Source of the DNA: an uncultured delta proteobacterium
GTDB lineage: Bacteria; Myxococcota_A; Polyangia; Polyangiales; Houyiibacteriaceae
Assembly: GCA_963699755.1 (NCBI GenBank)
Contig: CAVOVB010000004.1
Coordinates: 1 to 64,000 of the forward strand
Length of the DNA stretch: 64,000 nt
Reading direction: 5' to 3'
Position 1 is the first letter of the stretch, and each line of letters begins with the position of its first letter. Below, in pieces: positions 41,466 through 52,365 of this stretch. The translations under genes and the position numbers were made by a program. The notes under the pieces are model-generated. The model was not told where the DNA came from, made no database searches, and saw only the letters and a list, made by a program, of their open reading frames with translations.

Positions 41466-41541
41466 TCTATCGACGGTTGCTCAACCTGGGTGCGGTTGCT
41501 CGCCGTTCTATCGACGGTTGCTCAACCTGGGTGCGGTTGCT
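41466..41541. repeat. 41-bp tandem duplication containing REP-like CAACCTGGGTGCGGTTG
   Basis: TCTATCGACGGTTGCTCAACCTGGGTGCGGTTGCT at 41466 and 41507. Confidence 0.85.
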
Positions 41542-41592
41542 GTTAGTATCTGGTCGGCGCGATTCGCCGAAGTCGCGCATCTGGGCCGGAGC

Positions 41593-42687
41593 TCAGCGGA
41601 GCGCTTCTTCAAGCGCGCCGAGGCAGAGCTGGACGTGGCGCGGTGTCGCCGAGGCGCCCATCAGGCCGATGCGCCAGGCCTTGCCTTTGAAGTCCCCGAG
41701 GCCCCCGCCGATTTCGAGACCGTAGTCCGCAAGGAGCTTCGCGCGCACTGTGCGATCGTCGATACCTTCTGGGACCCGAACCACAGTGAGGGGAGGGAGT
41801 CGGACGTTTTCGGCGACCGGAAGGTCCAGGCCCAGCGATTCCAGGCCTTGGCGAAGCGCCTCTGCTTGCTCACAGTGACGCGCGTACCGAGCCTTGAGCC
41901 CTTCTTCGAGCACGACTCGAAGGGCTTCGTGCAGCGCGAAGATCATGTTCACCGGCGCCGTGTGGTGATAGACACGCTCGCCGCCGAAGTACTGGCCAAG
42001 TAGGTTCAAGTCGAAGTACCAGCTTTGGACCGGTGTCCTGCGCGTCGAGAAGACTACTCGCGCGCGCTCGGAAAACGAAACTGGTGAAAGTCCCGGTGGG
42101 CATGAAAGACACTTCTGCGTGCCGGAGTAGACCGCGTCGATCCCCATCTGGTCGACCTCCACCGCGACACCGCCGAGGGACGTGACCGCATCCACGAGCA
42201 GCAACGCGCCACACGAATCTGCAATCGCGCGAAAGGGACTGAGATCCTGAAGCACACCGGTCGAGGTTTCGGCGTGCACGATGGCAAGCACTTTGAATGA
42301 GCTCTTCTTCGCCACCCTCGCAACCTCGTCCGGATCGATGGCTTGCCCAAAGGGCGCATCGACGAGGGTAACCGCGGCGCCACAGCGTCTTGCCACTTCA
42401 GCCATGCGCCCACCGAAGACACCGTGCCGACAGATCAGCGCCTGGTCACCAGTTTCGAGTAGGTTCACGAAGCAGGTCTCCATGCCCGCTGAGCCCGTCC
42501 CTGAGATCGGGAGCGTCAGCGCGTTCTCCGTTCCGAACACCTGCCGAAGCATGGTCTGCGTTTCGTCCAGGACTTGCAAAAAGATGGGGTCCAGATGCCC
42601 GATCGTGGGCCGCGAGAGCGCGTCCAACACTCGGGCAGGAACGTCAGAAGGTCCTGGTCCCATCAACACTCGTTGAGTCGGAGTCAT
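41593..42687 (-). CDS. Alanine-glyoxylate/serine-pyruvate aminotransferase (class V PLP)
   Basis: [40 protein letters not shown]. Confidence 0.93.
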   Translation of the reverse strand: MTPTQRVLMGPGPSDVPARVLDALSRPTIGHLDPIFLQVLDETQTMLRQVFGTENALTLPISGTGSAGMETCFVNLLETGDQALICRHGVFGGRMAEVARRCGAAVTLVDAPFGQAIDPDEVARVAKKSSFKVLAIVHAETSTGVLQDLSPFRAIADSCGALLLVDAVTSLGGVAVEVDQMGIDAVYSGTQKCLSCPPGLSPVSFSERARVVFSTRRTPVQSWYFDLNLLGQYFGGERVYHHTAPVNMIFALHEALRVVLEEGLKARYARHCEQAEALRQGLESLGLDLPVAENVRLPPLTVVRVPEGIDDRTVRAKLLADYGLEIGGGLGDFKGKAWRIGLMGASATPRHVQLCLGALEEALR

Positions 42688-42791
42688 TTGGGCACAATAC
42701 AAGAGAAAACCCCTCGAAAAAGACCTTTCCGAAGGGTTCATCTCACGACGAAGGGCAACGAGCCCGTTTTCAAAGGGCTAATGAAGCGTTC

Positions 42792-43442
42792 CTAGCTCAG
42801 CCTTCGGTAGACGCCCACCACGACACCGAGCACCTGTGTGGTCCGCCAGTCGTTCTTGGGAATGAGAATCGGCGCCATGGCCTTGTTGGCAGGCTCGAGA
42901 CGGACGTGCTCGCGCTCTGGGAAGTAGTACTTGCACGTGGCTTCGTCGCCGACGAGGGCGATGATGATCTCGCCGCGGTTCGCGGTGAGTTGCTTGCGTA
43001 CGAAGACGAAGTCTCCGTCGAAGATACCGGCCTCGATCATCGATTCGCCGTTGACGCGAAGGCCGAAGACGTCGCGCTGGCCGCCGATGAGCATCCGGTC
43101 GATTTGAACCGTGTCCTCTGAATCCTCGATGGCCTCGCTCAGTGCGCCCGCCGCGACGCGGCCGATGATCGGAATCGAGACGAGGTCGTCATTCGAGCCA
43201 GGTGGGCGGCTGCTGGGCCGGCCATCCGGGGTCTTCATGAGACGAAGGGTCCGGGACTTCATGTCCTCGCGGGTGAGGTAACCCTTGCGCTCGAGGGCAC
43301 GCAGGTGATCGTTCACTCCATTTGTGCTCCGAATGCCCAGATGATTGCCGATTTCACGAAGCGTGGGTGGATACCCTCGCGAGTGAATCGAGTCCGAAAT
43401 GTACTCAAGCACCGCCTTCTGGCGCGCTGTTAGCTTATGCAT
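42792..43442 (-). CDS. lexA: SOS repressor LexA
   Basis: LTARQ..GYPPTLREIG HTH, GRVAAG cleavage site, GESM (Ser), ATCK (Lys). Confidence 0.96.
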   Translation of the reverse strand: MHKLTARQKAVLEYISDSIHSRGYPPTLREIGNHLGIRSTNGVNDHLRALERKGYLTREDMKSRTLRLMKTPDGRPSSRPPGSNDDLVSIPIIGRVAAGALSEAIEDSEDTVQIDRMLIGGQRDVFGLRVNGESMIEAGIFDGDFVFVRKQLTANRGEIIIALVGDEATCKYYFPEREHVRLEPANKAMAPILIPKNDWRTTQVLGVVVGVYRRLS

Positions 43443-43537
43443 GCTTTCCCCCGCTCGCATCTCTCACCGCCTTCTCGTTAGCCTCTTAGCCTCAATCGCT
43501 GCACAAATGTCCCCTGCAATGCTGAGCAGGTGGGATA

Positions 43538-43566
43538 AAGGTACATATTGTCGCCAATCTTGTCAA
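43538..43566 (-). promoter_or_regulatory. sigma70 promoter of lexA
   Basis: Minus strand TTGACA-N17-TACCTT. Confidence 0.7.
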
Positions 43567-43592
43567 AGAAGCGGCGATCTGTGCAGGCCTGC

Positions 43593-44633
43593 TCAGTTGA
43601 ACCCGCCTGAACCATCGTCTGAAGAGCTCGGTTCGACCGGCTCCTCGCTCACTTCGGGTCGGCGTGCGGCGCTGCTCAACGCTCCTGAGATGGCAGCGAA
43701 CGGCGAGAAGCCCAGCAAGCCCTCAAGACCCTTTCCGTCGGTGAGGCCACGCCAGAAACCCTGAGCGATGCCCACGAGCTCCTCCGGCTCCAGCTGTTCG
43801 AGCGCGTGGAACGCGAGCTGGGTCGCGCCTCCGAGCACGTCGAGGCCGAGGCCGGCCGCTGCGTAGGCAGGCAGCGGATGAACGATCAGCGCGCGAGTCG
43901 CGTAGGCCATCGCCCAGTCGCCAGCGTGCCTGCCGCTCAGCAAGGCCTTGGCTTGGGAGCGCTCCATGAAGATACCGACGTGAATTGGGCCGAGCTCTCG
44001 TTCGATTGCCCGGGTGAGCACGCGCTGATCGCGACGCCAGGCCCCGCCAAGCGGACCCGCCCACTGTGAGATCGCGCCTGGCCCGGCGAAGACATCGAAG
44101 CTGCCTGCATTGCGTCGAAGCACCGCGCCGGTCCAAAGCGCGCCATCCTCGAAGACGCCGAGCACGACGCTCGTCCCATTCGGAACGAGGAAGTCGATCG
44201 CGGGTTTGGCCGCTGGCGCTGCCGCGAGCAGAAGATCGGGGAGGGGGTTCGGCCATACCCGAATCCAGTTTCCATTGCCGAGCTCCCTCAAGACATGCAC
44301 GAAGCGCATGACTCTAGCCACGAAGTCCTGATCAGGGTCCAGCGGTTCGGCGAGGTAGCCGCCGAGCTCGGCCATGGCGCGTTCGCGCATGAGGATACAG
44401 GCACCAGCCGAGGTCGCCTCGCAGAGCGCGCGGAGGTCGTTCAAGGGCGGAAGGGTGGCGGGGTCGAGCGAGCCTCTGGCCGTATGAAAGCACGCCGCCG
44501 CGCGTCGATCGGCGTCTACCACGACGATGAGCACCCCGCCCGCGTCATGGCTGTCTTCTCCGAGGAATAGGGAGACCAGCCGATTCCAGTAGGCGTCGTC
44601 GAAGCCGTAAAAGGCGAAGTCCTCGCTGATCAC
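43593..44633 (-). CDS. Hypothetical protein
   Basis: 346-aa ORF co-oriented with its neighbours; protein-like composition; no recognised motif. Confidence 0.75.
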   Translation of the reverse strand: MISEDFAFYGFDDAYWNRLVSLFLGEDSHDAGGVLIVVVDADRRAAACFHTARGSLDPATLPPLNDLRALCEATSAGACILMRERAMAELGGYLAEPLDPDQDFVARVMRFVHVLRELGNGNWIRVWPNPLPDLLLAAAPAAKPAIDFLVPNGTSVVLGVFEDGALWTGAVLRRNAGSFDVFAGPGAISQWAGPLGGAWRRDQRVLTRAIERELGPIHVGIFMERSQAKALLSGRHAGDWAMAYATRALIVHPLPAYAAAGLGLDVLGGATQLAFHALEQLEPEELVGIAQGFWRGLTDGKGLEGLLGFSPFAAISGALSSAARRPEVSEEPVEPSSSDDGSGGFN

Positions 44634-44650
44634 CTGCCGACTCTACCACG

Positions 44651-47209
44651 CTACTGCCATTGCAGCGTAGCCACAGCAGCCGGGTAGGCGTCGACCATCA
44701 AGTAGACGCGGAGGCTGCTCGGCACCTCTGCGACGTCGCTCAGGTCCAGGGAGACCGTTTGCACGGTCCCCGTCCTAGGCGCGTGTGCGGTTGCCTCGGT
44801 GTAGTTGAGGCCGATGGGGCCTCCGTCGGCGGCGTTCAGAATGAGGAGGCCGAAGTTGTGCGCGTCGCTCTGCAATGAGGTGCCCGTCAAGGTGGCCAGC
44901 ACTTGGTTCCCATCCTGCGCAAACGCGACGGCGCCAATTCCTGCGGGTGCGCTTTGGGTGCCATCTTCCCCGAAGGGCCCGAGCTCGGCGCCGCCCACGG
45001 CATCGAGCAGACCCGTATCGACATTGCAGAAGCCGAGGATCTCCAGGAACACACCATAGTCGGTGATTTGATCACAGATCGTCTTGGCATTGAGCGACGG
45101 GCTGCGCAGCGCATTGCCGTCCGCGTCGAGCGTGCCGGCTACGCGGAAGTACTGGAAAGGGAGCGGAAAACCGTTGAACTCGATCGTGAAGCCCTCTTTG
45201 TTGATCATGGTCAGAAGGCCGTCGTCCCAAAGGAGCTCTAGGGGGAAACGAACCTCTGAGCTCGGGTTGACGACGGTGTTTCCTTCTGCGTCGAGCGTGC
45301 CGCCTACGCCCCAACCAATGTACTTGCCCTCAGCGCCCTCGACGATGCCGATCACGTAGTGAATGGAATCGAAGCCGATCTGGTTGTAACTTGGAAGGAT
45401 CGTCGGTAGCGGCGCGGAGATTCGGTAGAGCTCGACGATGCCGGTTTCCTCGCCAGGCGCCTCTGCCACTGGGAAGGGGAACCCCGTGGTGCTCCGCGGA
45501 GGGATGTCGAAGGCGAAGGTCTCGTCGAACGAGCCGCCCAGACCGGGAGTGAACATGAACACCAGCCCTTTGCGATCCTCCAACTGGTCGAGGTACTTGC
45601 CCTTGACCCGAACTTCGATGCGCCCGCCTTGGTCGCCGACCCAGTGCTCCTCCGGGATTACCGTGACGTAGCGGCTGTCACCCGAGACATCCGCAAGAAC
45701 CTCCGCGGCGGTGCCAACCGTCGTGACCTCCAAGCTCTTGGGGTCGATGGCCGTGAGCTTCGTGTTGCCATCTTCCCGGACGAGCAAGGTGAAGGTGAGC
45801 GGTTGGTTCGCCCAGATCTCGGTCGGGGGCTCGATCTCGAGCCCTCCAAAGCTCGTAGTGAACACCATGAACACACCGTTGTCGGGAAGTGGCTCTCCGG
45901 GGCCACGCGTGCAGCGCTGATCCTTGAGACCAGGCCGCAGGCAATAGTCGTACGGCAAGGCGAAGACCTCACCCGTTTCGCCGGAAAGCACGACGAACTC
46001 CTTGCCGAGTGCAGGCGACGAGTTCAGGTCATCCCGTTGGTCGTCGATCAGCTGAATCGACCAGCGAAGTGTGCCGTCGCGGTTCAAAACGAACATCTGC
46101 CCCTCGCCGGAGCCGACGTAGATGTTGCCGTCACCGTCGATCGCGGGCGAGGAGCGGATCGGCTCACCGGTGTCGTAGGCCCAGACCAACGAGCCATCCG
46201 CCGGATCGATCGCGTAGATCGTTCCGTCTGCGGAGGGCTGGATGATCGTTCCATCCTCGGCTTGCGCCGGACTTGCATAAATGTGGTCGCGCGCGCCGTA
46301 GCTCCACTGCTCGATGCCATCGCTCTGGCGCATGCCATAAAGGAAGCCGTCGAAGCTGCCCACGGCGAGCAGCGCATCAGCGCCGGTCCCGGCCAGCATC
46401 GGACTGGCGGCGACCGTGCCCCGCGTCAGGAAGCCCCAGACCAGGTCCCCTGCCTCGGCTCCGATCCCGAAGACGGTCGGCAAGAATGGGAAGTTGCTGC
46501 CCATGTAGAGGCGATTAGTCTCTGGATTGAGCGCGGGAAGCGACCAGGTCTGATCGCGCGTGACGAAACACCACGAATCACTGCGATCATCTCGCTCGAT
46601 CCCGTAGGTGCAGCGGTTGTCGTTTGGCACGTAGAGGGTGCCATCCAAGCCCATCGCGACATTGCCCTCGAACCAGTTGATCAAGGCATCGTTCAGCGAG
46701 GGGGGATCGGCTTCGAAGGTCCAAAGCACCGTGCCGTCTTCGCGATCGAGCGCATAGAGGAGACCATCACCTGAGCCGAAGTACACGACACCGCGGTCGT
46801 CGAGCAACGCGGAAGAATCGATGACCTCGCCGGTGCGTACGGACCAAAGCTCGTTGCCGTTCCCGTCGAGCTTGTAGAAGACGCGGTCGCCGGAGCCGAC
46901 GTAGACGTTGTTCTCGCCGTCGATCACCGCCGTGGAGAAGACGCCTTTCCCCGTCTGGAAGACCCAGGGGTCCGCTCCGTTGTCGATCGGCAAGATGGGG
47001 CTTCGGCCCGTTTGCATCACATCTCGGCGGAACTTCGGCCAAGGGCTCGCGCTGTCCATCGGCACTGCGTAATCGAACTCTTCGATCTGGCTCCGTGGCT
47101 CCGATGCATTATCGGTGCAGCCCGGCAGAGCAGCAGCGAGGAGGAGCAACGCGCCAAATACCGATCCACGCCGCGACGAGTCTGCATTCACGAGAGCCGC
47201 CTCCTTCAC
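44651..47209 (-). CDS. PQQ-like beta-propeller repeat lipoprotein
   Basis: LPG-C lipobox, WPKFRRD, repeated SSPAID.DG.IYVGS.DG..YA....G...W. Confidence 0.87.
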   Translation of the reverse strand: MKEAALVNADSSRRGSVFGALLLLAAALPGCTDNASEPRSQIEEFDYAVPMDSASPWPKFRRDVMQTGRSPILPIDNGADPWVFQTGKGVFSTAVIDGENNVYVGSGDRVFYKLDGNGNELWSVRTGEVIDSSALLDDRGVVYFGSGDGLLYALDREDGTVLWTFEADPPSLNDALINWFEGNVAMGLDGTLYVPNDNRCTYGIERDDRSDSWCFVTRDQTWSLPALNPETNRLYMGSNFPFLPTVFGIGAEAGDLVWGFLTRGTVAASPMLAGTGADALLAVGSFDGFLYGMRQSDGIEQWSYGARDHIYASPAQAEDGTIIQPSADGTIYAIDPADGSLVWAYDTGEPIRSSPAIDGDGNIYVGSGEGQMFVLNRDGTLRWSIQLIDDQRDDLNSSPALGKEFVVLSGETGEVFALPYDYCLRPGLKDQRCTRGPGEPLPDNGVFMVFTTSFGGLEIEPPTEIWANQPLTFTLLVREDGNTKLTAIDPKSLEVTTVGTAAEVLADVSGDSRYVTVIPEEHWVGDQGGRIEVRVKGKYLDQLEDRKGLVFMFTPGLGGSFDETFAFDIPPRSTTGFPFPVAEAPGEETGIVELYRISAPLPTILPSYNQIGFDSIHYVIGIVEGAEGKYIGWGVGGTLDAEGNTVVNPSSEVRFPLELLWDDGLLTMINKEGFTIEFNGFPLPFQYFRVAGTLDADGNALRSPSLNAKTICDQITDYGVFLEILGFCNVDTGLLDAVGGAELGPFGEDGTQSAPAGIGAVAFAQDGNQVLATLTGTSLQSDAHNFGLLILNAADGGPIGLNYTEATAHAPRTGTVQTVSLDLSDVAEVPSSLRVYLMVDAYPAAVATLQWQ

Positions 47210-47322
47210 CGAGTGCGACGTTAGGCACGTCTTGCTCGGTGGTCAACCGAGTTCACTAGCGAATGCGCCCACGTCCCACGCAAACCTTGCGCCTGCGCCA
47301 GCTTCTCGTCTACAAGGCAAGC

Positions 47323-47703
47323 GTGAGCTTCGTTTGGGTCGCAATTGGAGGAGCCGCTGGGTCCTGTCTTCGGTACTGGGTCTCTTTGCTGCTCGGGCCC
47401 GTTAGCGCGGCGCACGGGTTTCCATGGTCGACATTTGCCGTCAACGCGCTTGGCTCGCTCGGCCTCGGCATGGTGTTCGTGCTCGCCGAGGACCGCTCCT
47501 GGTTTGGCACGGACCTGCGATTGCTCCTGGGAACCGGCGTCATGGGCGGTTTCACGACCTATTCTGCGTTCAATCTGGAGAGCGTTGGGCTCATGCAGAA
47601 CGAGGCATGGGGCCGGGCCGCCCTGTACATGGCCGGGACGTTCGTGATCTGTCTCGTCTCCGGCGGGGTCGGCCTGATCATCGGACGCGCGCTTCGGGGC
47701 TAG
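47323..47703 (+). CDS. crcB: Fluoride efflux channel Fluc/CrcB
   Basis: GGAAGSCLRY, FPWSTFAVN, TGVMGGFTTYSAF. Confidence 0.92.
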   Translation: MSFVWVAIGGAAGSCLRYWVSLLLGPVSAAHGFPWSTFAVNALGSLGLGMVFVLAEDRSWFGTDLRLLLGTGVMGGFTTYSAFNLESVGLMQNEAWGRAALYMAGTFVICLVSGGVGLIIGRALRG

Positions 47704-47704
47704 C

Positions 47705-49348
47705 TCAGGGCTCGGGCTTGCCGAGCAACCAGATGCGTGCGCTGTGAGCGAGCGCGTACAGGGCGCTCAGCGCTAGGGCAAGGCCGCCGAGCCAATAGCT
47801 TTCCTGCGAAAGCAGGATCGCGCCAGCGATGGTCAGCGAGCCGACGACCAGCCCGCTGAATGCCCGCCGGCCGAGACGATCCGCGGCGGACTCGAGCTGC
47901 GTTTGCTGTGTGCGAACGCTGAATGAGCCCTTGCGAAGGTCGTCGAGAATCTCTTCGAGCTGCAGCGGCATCTCCGTGGTGGCCGCGCCTAGGCGGCGCA
48001 GGCCCCGGAGCGCGTCCTGGGTCACGCGCTCGGGGGAATAGCGCTGCTGGAAGAGGTCTATGAAGTAAGGGCGCACCTCTTCGAGAAGGTCGAGCTCCGG
48101 GTAGATCTCTTTGCCGACTCCTTCGACCGTCATGAGGCTCTTGCCGAGCATGAGAAACTCCGACGGAATCTCGACGCCGAACTTTCGCGAACCCATCACG
48201 AGATCGCGGAGCAAGGACCCAAGCTCGATTTCCTTCAGTCGCTTTCCTAGGTAGCGCTGCGCCAAGGTAGCGACCTCCGCCTCGTACGCTTCGCGGTTGA
48301 TCTTATGGATCGGTCGGCCGATCGCGTAGAGCGCGTCCGCGATGCCGCTGTAGTCCTCGCGCACTGCCGCCACCATCAGGTCGATGGTCCGGTCTCGCAT
48401 CTTGGGTGAGAGCCGTCCGACCATACCAACGTCGATCATGCCGATCACGGGTTCCTCGTTCGTTCCGAGAATGATGATGTTTCCCGGATGTGGATCGGCG
48501 TGAAAAAATCCGTCTTCGAAGATCTGCTGGATGATGATCTCGATCGCACGCTTTGCCATCAGCTCGCCGCTGACTCCGGCGCGCAGCGCCGCGTACACCT
48601 TTCGCCCTTCGAGGTACTCGAGCGTCAGTACCCTCTTTGCGCTGGCGCTCCGGTAGACCTTCGGAAACTTGGCATGTGGATTCCGCCGAAAATTCTCGGT
48701 GAAGCGCTCGTGGTTATCAGCCTCGAGCGAGAAGTCGAGCTCCGCCGCAACCGAGCGATCGAACTCTTCCACCAGGCTGATCGGCCGATACAAATGCGAC
48801 TCCGGCATCGAGCGGACGATGGCCTTGGCAAGCCAATAGAGAAGGTCGACGTCGCGCGCCATCAATGTCTGGACATTCGGGCGCTGGACTTTGACGACCA
48901 CTTCTGGGCACTCCTCGCCATCGCGGAGGCGCGCCCCATGGACTTGCGCAATTGAAGCAGAGGCGAGCGGGGCCTCATCAAACGATTCGTAGACCTCGGC
49001 CAGCGGGCAGCTGAGCTCGCGCTCGACTTGCTCGCGGATCGCTTCGAACGGCTCCGGGGGGACCGCGTCCTGGAGCTTCTTGAGCTCGACGAGAATGTCC
49101 TCGGGGATCAGGTCGGGCCGCGTCGACATGATTTGCCCCAGCTTGACGAAAGAGGGGCCGAGGTCCTCCAAGACCTTCCGAAGGCGAATGCCCGCCGGCA
49201 TCCGTGCACCGTCACCGCGTTTGCGGCCGGGGATCAGGGTGCTGAGCCCGGTGCGCTCCACCACCTCGCCGAATCCATGGACGGCCAAGACGCCGGCAAT
49301 CTGCCGCAGACGCTCGAGGTCGCGAACCGTGGTCAGAATAGAAGCCAT
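47705..49348 (-). CDS. ABC1/UbiB family atypical kinase
   Basis: LGPSFVKLGQ, PLASASIAQVH, VVVKVQRP, GFFHADPHPGN, DVGMVG. Confidence 0.93.
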   Translation of the reverse strand: MASILTTVRDLERLRQIAGVLAVHGFGEVVERTGLSTLIPGRKRGDGARMPAGIRLRKVLEDLGPSFVKLGQIMSTRPDLIPEDILVELKKLQDAVPPEPFEAIREQVERELSCPLAEVYESFDEAPLASASIAQVHGARLRDGEECPEVVVKVQRPNVQTLMARDVDLLYWLAKAIVRSMPESHLYRPISLVEEFDRSVAAELDFSLEADNHERFTENFRRNPHAKFPKVYRSASAKRVLTLEYLEGRKVYAALRAGVSGELMAKRAIEIIIQQIFEDGFFHADPHPGNIIILGTNEEPVIGMIDVGMVGRLSPKMRDRTIDLMVAAVREDYSGIADALYAIGRPIHKINREAYEAEVATLAQRYLGKRLKEIELGSLLRDLVMGSRKFGVEIPSEFLMLGKSLMTVEGVGKEIYPELDLLEEVRPYFIDLFQQRYSPERVTQDALRGLRRLGAATTEMPLQLEEILDDLRKGSFSVRTQQTQLESAADRLGRRAFSGLVVGSLTIAGAILLSQESYWLGGLALALSALYALAHSARIWLLGKPEP

Positions 49349-49541
49349 GAGCGGCGCAGCGTAGCACCTGGGCGCTAGCGTGCGGCCGCCGAGGAGCAGC
49401 ACCAAAGCGGCATCGCAGGCCGGGTCGAGTTGGATCGAGTCTAGTTCACGCCTCCACGTTCGTATTTACGGCCACGAAACAAATCAGAAATAATCGGGGG
49501 GTACACCCACTTGCATAGGCGGTTCTCGTTGGGCTGCTTGA

Positions 49542-49895
<354 letters not shown>

Positions 49896-50040
49896 GTCGA
49901 TTTCGCATCCTCTATGCGCCCCGTCGGTGCCGGGCCGGCGGGGCGCTCGTATTTGCGGTCCGGCCCCAGCGCCCGTCACTATCTCCCAGGTTTGACGTGC
50001 TGTTGTTCAGTCAGATACCATTTCTGAACTGCACCGGTAC

Positions 50041-50901
50041 ATGGGGATGAGTGCTTCACGATTGGCTGCGCAAACGGTCCGTGTTCTACCGCGCAAGCGG
50101 CTGAGCAGGGCGCTGGGCCGGATAGCGTCGTCCAGGGCACCACGGCCGCTAGTCGATGCAGCGGTCGGCGCCTTCATCCGCATTTATGATGTCGACATGA
50201 GCGAGGTGGACCTGCCCGATGGGGGCTTCCGCACGTTCGATGACTTTTTCACCCGCACGCTGCTCGAGGGAGCGAGGCCAATCGACCCCGATCCCGCGGC
50301 CCTGGTGTCCCCTGCAGACGGACGGATCGAGGATCTCGGTGAAATTACGGCCGAGGGCGAGATCATCGTGAAGGGGCAGCCCTATACGGCTGAGGCGGTC
50401 CTTGGGGACGAGGACGCGGCCAGGCTGTACGAGGGAGGTCACTATTTCATCGTCTACCTTTCGCCCCGCGACTACCATCGCGTACACGCTCCGACCTGCG
50501 GAAGCGTGCAGTGCATGCGGTACGTTCCGGGCAGTTTGTTCCCGGTAAACCGAATTGGGACCCAGTTCATCCCTCAGCTTTTCGCAAGAAACGAACGTCT
50601 TGCTATTGTGCAAGAGAGCGTTGTGCACGGAACCGTGACGACGATCATGGTGGGAGCAATAGGGGTGGGACGCATCGGCGTGAGCTTTGATGATGTGCAG
50701 ACCAACCGGGGGGACACTCCGGGTCTGCGGAGCTATACGGATTCGCCGATTCCGCTTGATCGCGGCGACGAGCTCGGTGTGTTCCACATGGGCTCGACCG
50801 CGATCGTGATGACGCCGCCAGCGTGTCCGCTCGATCTCAGGGCGCAGGCCGGTTCATCGATTCGGATGGGCGAGGTCATGGCCAAAGGGGAACGGCCGTG
50901 A
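50041..50901 (+). CDS. psd: Phosphatidylserine decarboxylase proenzyme
   Basis: FDDFFTR, SPADG, YLSPRDYHRVHAP, NER, FHMGST cleavage motif. Confidence 0.93.
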   Translation: MGMSASRLAAQTVRVLPRKRLSRALGRIASSRAPRPLVDAAVGAFIRIYDVDMSEVDLPDGGFRTFDDFFTRTLLEGARPIDPDPAALVSPADGRIEDLGEITAEGEIIVKGQPYTAEAVLGDEDAARLYEGGHYFIVYLSPRDYHRVHAPTCGSVQCMRYVPGSLFPVNRIGTQFIPQLFARNERLAIVQESVVHGTVTTIMVGAIGVGRIGVSFDDVQTNRGDTPGLRSYTDSPIPLDRGDELGVFHMGSTAIVMTPPACPLDLRAQAGSSIRMGEVMAKGERP

Positions 50902-52322
50902 GCGGCGAGCCGGCGGACAAGGCTGAGGGGGGCTCCTCCGCTGCTCCCCGAAAGCGACGTGCGCTTCGCGTTCCGATCGTCGACATTCCGCGTGCGAGCG
51001 TGCTCGAAAACCCGGAAGGGCTGGGCACCAATGGTAACGGAGCGGCGCAACACGCTTCGAACGTAGTCGAGCTCGACCCACCAAGTGGCGTCACCTTCGC
51101 GGTGGAGCCAAGCGACGACCGCGAGCCGACCGAACCGTCGTTCACGACCATGGGCGATCCATTCTTCGGCGACCACGATGGATACGACGAAGCGGAAGCG
51201 TCGATGCCGTCGATCGACGTCCATTTCAGCGATCCGCCGATGATCCGGAGCTCCACCGCGCCGCCCGCTCCAGCGCGATACAGCGAGCCTCCCGAAGAGC
51301 TATTCCTCGACGACGACGATGTGCTGTTTCGGAGCGATATCGCGCCACCGCCCGACAAGAGCTCGGACATCTTGATCCCGATTCCCAAGCCCCCACCTCC
51401 GCCAGCTGATTCGAAGGAGTCGGGGCCACCCGTGGTTGAAACGGACGATGACGGACCCTGGCACGAGCACTTCTTCGGGGAGGCGTATCTGCGAACCGTT
51501 CGGACGTCGACGCCCAAGGAAGTCGCGGTCGAGTGCAGTTTCATCGAACGAGCGCTGCGGATGCCGATTGGGTCCCGAATTCTCGATGTGGGCTGCGGTC
51601 TCGGGGTGCAGGCTGTGGAGCTCGCCTCCAGGGGCTATCACCTGGTCGGGCTCGACATCTCGGCCACGATGGTTTCGCGCGCATACGACGAAGCCGAAGA
51701 CCGAGGCCTGCAAATCGACTTCGTGCGAGGTGACATGCGCGAAGTCACCTTCGTCGAACCCTTCGACGCGATGCTCTGCTGGGGAACCACGTTCGGCTAT
51801 TTCAGCGAAGAGGAAAACGAGCTCACGATCCGAAAGTTCCACGAGGCAATTCGACCGAACGGCACGCTATTGCTCGAGGTCGTCAATCGCGACTTCATGA
51901 TCGGTTCCCAGCCAAATCAGGTTTGGTTCGAGGTCGATGGCGCAGTCTGTATGGAAGAGACCGACTTCGATTATGCAAAATCACGACTTCGCGTGAAACG
52001 CCGCGTGGCGAACCACAGCGGTCAACAGCACGATCGCCTCTACTCGATTCGCCTCTACGCGCTCCACGAGATCTCCGCAATGCTCGAGCGGAACGGTTTC
52101 CGGGTCGACGAGGTCAGCGGGCGGGAAGCCACGCTCGGGATCTTCTTCGGGGTCCATTCCCCTAAAATGATCATTCGCGCTGAGCGTTTGCCAGGCTCAC
52201 CCCGGCAACAGAGCAGCATTCCGTCCGCGCCGCCATCGGCGCCGCCGTCCGCGCGGCCGTCCGTGCCCTTGGGGGCGCTGAGACCTTCGCAGTTTCCGCC
52301 GTCCGCCGTTGACGAGGACTAG
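50898..52322 (+). CDS. Class I SAM-dependent methyltransferase with a long acidic/Pro-rich N-terminus
   Basis: ILDVGCGLG, GLDIS, GDMR, TTFGYF. Confidence 0.88.
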   Translation: MSGEPADKAEGGSSAAPRKRRALRVPIVDIPRASVLENPEGLGTNGNGAAQHASNVVELDPPSGVTFAVEPSDDREPTEPSFTTMGDPFFGDHDGYDEAEASMPSIDVHFSDPPMIRSSTAPPAPARYSEPPEELFLDDDDVLFRSDIAPPPDKSSDILIPIPKPPPPPADSKESGPPVVETDDDGPWHEHFFGEAYLRTVRTSTPKEVAVECSFIERALRMPIGSRILDVGCGLGVQAVELASRGYHLVGLDISATMVSRAYDEAEDRGLQIDFVRGDMREVTFVEPFDAMLCWGTTFGYFSEEENELTIRKFHEAIRPNGTLLLEVVNRDFMIGSQPNQVWFEVDGAVCMEETDFDYAKSRLRVKRRVANHSGQQHDRLYSIRLYALHEISAMLERNGFRVDEVSGREATLGIFFGVHSPKMIIRAERLPGSPRQQSSIPSAPPSAPPSARPSVPLGALRPSQFPPSAVDED

Positions 52323-52365
52323 GCGTTCTCATCGGCGAAAGGGCCGTGGCGAATCGCATGCTGCG

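Noticed and set aside
47210..47322. Fluoride riboswitch upstream of crcB
   Set aside because: The conserved GGCGATGG...CGCC...GCTGATG pattern is not visible.
49499..49515. sigma54-like motif upstream of P-II
   Set aside because: GG-to-GC spacing is 11, not the required 10.
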